Assembly: GCA_963766195.1 (NCBI GenBank)
Contig: CAVXYY010000018.1
Coordinates: 81,753-145,752 of the forward strand
Origin: an uncultured Gammaproteobacteria bacterium
GTDB lineage: Bacteria; Pseudomonadota; Gammaproteobacteria; Xanthomonadales; SZUA-36
Direction: 5' to 3'
DNA length: 64,000 bases
The first letter of the stretch is position 1. Every line of letters begins with the position of its first letter. Made by a program: the position numbers and the translations under genes. Of this stretch, positions 61,712 to 64,000 are shown piece after piece. The notes below the pieces were generated by a model. It was not told where the DNA came from. It was given only the letters and a program-made list of their open reading frames with translations, and did no database searches.

Positions 61712-62360
61712 AAAAGGCTTTGGTTATAAAGATGCAAAATAAGATATAAGCAATATTATGAACGTCCCATATATTCAATGCAAGTTTTATATCGTGGTGT
61801 AACATAGGAACGTAAAATAAAAACACAAAAAAATTAATTACTACATAAATACTGAGCCCGGTAACCAACCAGAAATCGGCTCCGCTTGTAATATCATCTG
61901 CTTCATCTCTCAGCTTAGCAAGGTAATACTGCATACAAAAAATCAGCAACAGGTAAGATTCTGTAGCCAGTAAATTACCACTTAAATGATCGGGATTACC
62001 AAAATTTTCCACAAAACTGAAGTTGATGATTATTATCACCAGAGAAAAAAAAGGCAATATTTTCTTCAACAGGGTAAAAGAAGATTGCTTTAGCATTATA
62101 AAAAAGTAACAGAAACAGATAAACCGGATGATGGAGTGAGCATTGTATAAGGGTGTATTACTCTCCATCCATCCTGGCAAATATTCATAATATTCGCTGA
62201 TGATATCGCAAGTTAAATTGATGAATAAGGCAATAACCAGGTATATAATTATGGGTTTTAAAAACCTGGGTTGACGGGGTCTGAACAGTAAAATGCTCAG
62301 CGGTATCAGGGTTGCCCAAACCTCAGACCAATTCAGCAGTAATTTTAAAAAGCCACCCAT
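61680..62360 (-). CDS. Polytopic (6-7 TM) membrane protein, possibly the detached sensor module of the downstream kinase
   Basis: 226 aa and almost entirely hydrophobic helices. Its 3' end overlaps the kinase start by 32 nt in another frame. Confidence 0.55.
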   Translation of the reverse strand: MGGFLKLLLNWSEVWATLIPLSILLFRPRQPRFLKPIIIYLVIALFINLTCDIISEYYEYLPGWMESNTPLYNAHSIIRFICFCYFFIMLKQSSFTLLKKILPFFSLVIIIINFSFVENFGNPDHLSGNLLATESYLLLIFCMQYYLAKLRDEADDITSGADFWLVTGLSIYVVINFFVFLFYVPMLHHDIKLALNIWDVHNIAYILFCIFITKAFYAPARHQYTV

Positions 62361-62496
62361 TATTAAATAATTATTTACAAACCCTGTATGTGCCTATGTG
62401 GGAAAAAATTAACTGAATACTTATCAATAAATATAGTTTTGTCGGGTAGAAAATTACAGCTTATCTTTTATTGTTTAACCATTAAAAATAATAAGT

Positions 62497-63123
62497 ATGA
62501 GAAAGCTACCTTTTTTATCTGCGTCCGGATCCTGGCTGATACTAATGATCCTATTTTTTGCTTCCTGTAATGGGAATAAATCTTCAGAGTCTAACACTGA
62601 TAATGTCGATCCCACTATTATAACTCCAGAACCGGGGGATAGTAAAGCAGGTATTTTGACAGGAAGCCTCGATACATTGTGGATTGATGCTCCCTCTTTT
62701 TTAGCATTGGGAAATCCACCAATGCCAAGAAATTGGACCATTTTCAGGTTTTATATCGATAATTCAAATGCTTTAACCCTTGCAGGTTGGTCAGCTAATA
62801 ATGGCAATGGCCAGTTCCACCCTTCTGGCGGCACACCACCATCACCTAACCTTATATTATTAAAAGGCAATCCAAGTACAATTAACTATGCAGCTGGCGA
62901 TTACTTTGGTAATTTAATATTACGTCCGGCCCAGCTTAATAATATAAAATCGCTAATTAATTCTTCAAGTTCTAATTCTGTTTTGTTTGCACCATATATC
63001 GATAACCACCAGATTACTTATAATATTTTTCTTTCGGCCTCAAAAAATAAAAATGATGTTTCATCTAATTTAGTACCTACCGAGGAAGGTTTAAATCCAT
63101 CACCACCAAGGAATTCAAATTAG
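62497..63123 (+). CDS. Lipoprotein of unknown function
   Basis: Signal peptide with lipobox (LILMILFFASC), 208 aa, no recognisable family. Confidence 0.6.
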   Translation: MRKLPFLSASGSWLILMILFFASCNGNKSSESNTDNVDPTIITPEPGDSKAGILTGSLDTLWIDAPSFLALGNPPMPRNWTIFRFYIDNSNALTLAGWSANNGNGQFHPSGGTPPSPNLILLKGNPSTINYAAGDYFGNLILRPAQLNNIKSLINSSSSNSVLFAPYIDNHQITYNIFLSASKNKNDVSSNLVPTEEGLNPSPPRNSN

Positions 63124-63144
63124 TATATAATTGAAAATAAGAAC

Positions 63145-63199
63145 GGAGGTAAAATCGGTACTATTCAATTGGTAACTTTATTTTACCTCCTTTGTTTTA
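63145..63199 (+). terminator. Rho-independent terminator
   Basis: GGAGGTAAAAT (63145-63155) and ATTTTACCTCC (63180-63190) form a perfect 11-bp inverted repeat followed by TTTGTTTT. The loop is long (24 nt). Confidence 0.55.
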
Positions 63200-63229
63200 T
63201 ACCTATCCTGCCTATAACATCAAGCAACT

Positions 63230-63835
63230 ATGTCATCATCACCCTACCGCTATTTTATTCTCAATAAACCTTACAATATGGTATCTCAATTTGTAAGTAC
63301 CCATGCGGTAAACTTGCTGGGTAATATTGGTTTCGAATTCCCGGAAGGGATACATGCTATTGGCCGATTAGATAATCACTCCGAAGGATTATTGATTTTA
63401 ACGACGAATAAAAATATTACCCGATTATTATTTGAAGCAAAGGAGCCACATAAAAGAACGTATCTGGTACAGGTCAATCACACAGTAACAGATGAACGAT
63501 TACAATTGATAAGAGATGGAGTAAGATTCCGGATAAAGGGTAGTGGCTATTATACTTCTGCTCCCTGTAAAGCTGAAATAGTTTTAGACCCCAAAATTTC
63601 ATTTGCTGCTCCGTATGAAATGACAGAAAATATTTCCTACACCTGGCTGCGCATTTGTCTTACTGAAGGAAAATATCATCAGGTACGTAAAATGATGAGA
63701 GCTGTTCACCATCGATGTAAACGATTAATACGGGTAAGTATTGAAGACCTGACACTGGGCGACTTACAACCAGGTAGTATTAAAGAAATTGCAGAGAAAG
63801 ATTTTTTTTCACTGCTCAAAATAAAAGATAGTTAA
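63230..63835 (+). CDS. Pseudouridine synthase (RsuA/RluE-type, no S4 domain)
   Basis: YFILNKPYNMVSQF, the catalytic GRLDNHSEGLLILTTN, and KTYLVQV...GKYHQVRKMM. Confidence 0.85.
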   Translation: MSSSPYRYFILNKPYNMVSQFVSTHAVNLLGNIGFEFPEGIHAIGRLDNHSEGLLILTTNKNITRLLFEAKEPHKRTYLVQVNHTVTDERLQLIRDGVRFRIKGSGYYTSAPCKAEIVLDPKISFAAPYEMTENISYTWLRICLTEGKYHQVRKMMRAVHHRCKRLIRVSIEDLTLGDLQPGSIKEIAEKDFFSLLKIKDS

Positions 63836-64000
63836 GCGTCGTCAATTCTATTCTTTGAATATTCTTTTATCAGATTGGTACAATTACTTTCCAGTATATA
63901 AATTTCTGCTACTTCAAACTTGCATATACCAACGATTCAAATTTGGCTTTTACATCGTTATGACTGTTTGGTGTTTGCTGTGTCATAAAAAGACAAACCA

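Noticed and set aside
55880-64000. Interpreting the AT-rich right-hand 8 kb as a horizontally acquired genomic island
   Set aside because: It carries housekeeping genes (icd, pseudouridine synthase) and uses non-proteobacterial translation-initiation and promoter signals. It lacks an integrase, a tRNA, repeats and a right-hand return to GC-rich sequence. A chimeric join is more parsimonious, though read-level data are needed to be sure.

Overview
This window joins two very different kinds of sequence. All identifications rest on motif and family recognition by eye; no searches were run.

**nt 1 to ~55,900: GC-rich, gammaproteobacterium-like.** Genes here use GGAG-type ribosome-binding sites and are densely packed. 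Most are housekeeping:
- korAB (5' partial), asnB, thrABC, mgtE, gltBD, gpsA, cbpAM, ppk2
- a prolyl oligopeptidase
- a LysR/doxX/pirin/yqjG stress module
- a histidine decarboxylase with a coupled ACT-domain gene
- a family of REP-like palindromic elements in convergent or terminal intergenic gaps

Two blocks in this part stand out:
1. A MerR-type regulator carries both hallmark motifs of adenosyl-B12 photoreceptors (W-x9-EH and E-x-H-x-x-G). It sits divergent from an 11-gene operon (28150-37493) of membrane-lipid-modifying and unknown proteins. The two back-to-back promoters are each overlaid by tandem 11-bp direct repeats.
2. A five-gene block (38191-43621) encodes only signal-peptide proteins of unknown function. 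It is centred on a 713-aa protein with a metzincin-like HExxHxxxxxH ... CVMRY signature. This is my best candidate for an undescribed system.

**nt ~55,900 to 64,000: AT-rich, Bacteroidota-like.** Start codons lack Shine-Dalgarno sequences and a TAnnTTTG promoter motif is present. Genes include a long-form icd, a LysR regulator, a histidine kinase and a pseudouridine synthase.

No mobile-element hallmarks occur at the boundary. An assembly or concatenation chimera is more likely than horizontal transfer.

I recognised no rRNA, tRNA, CRISPR array, transposase or integrase.
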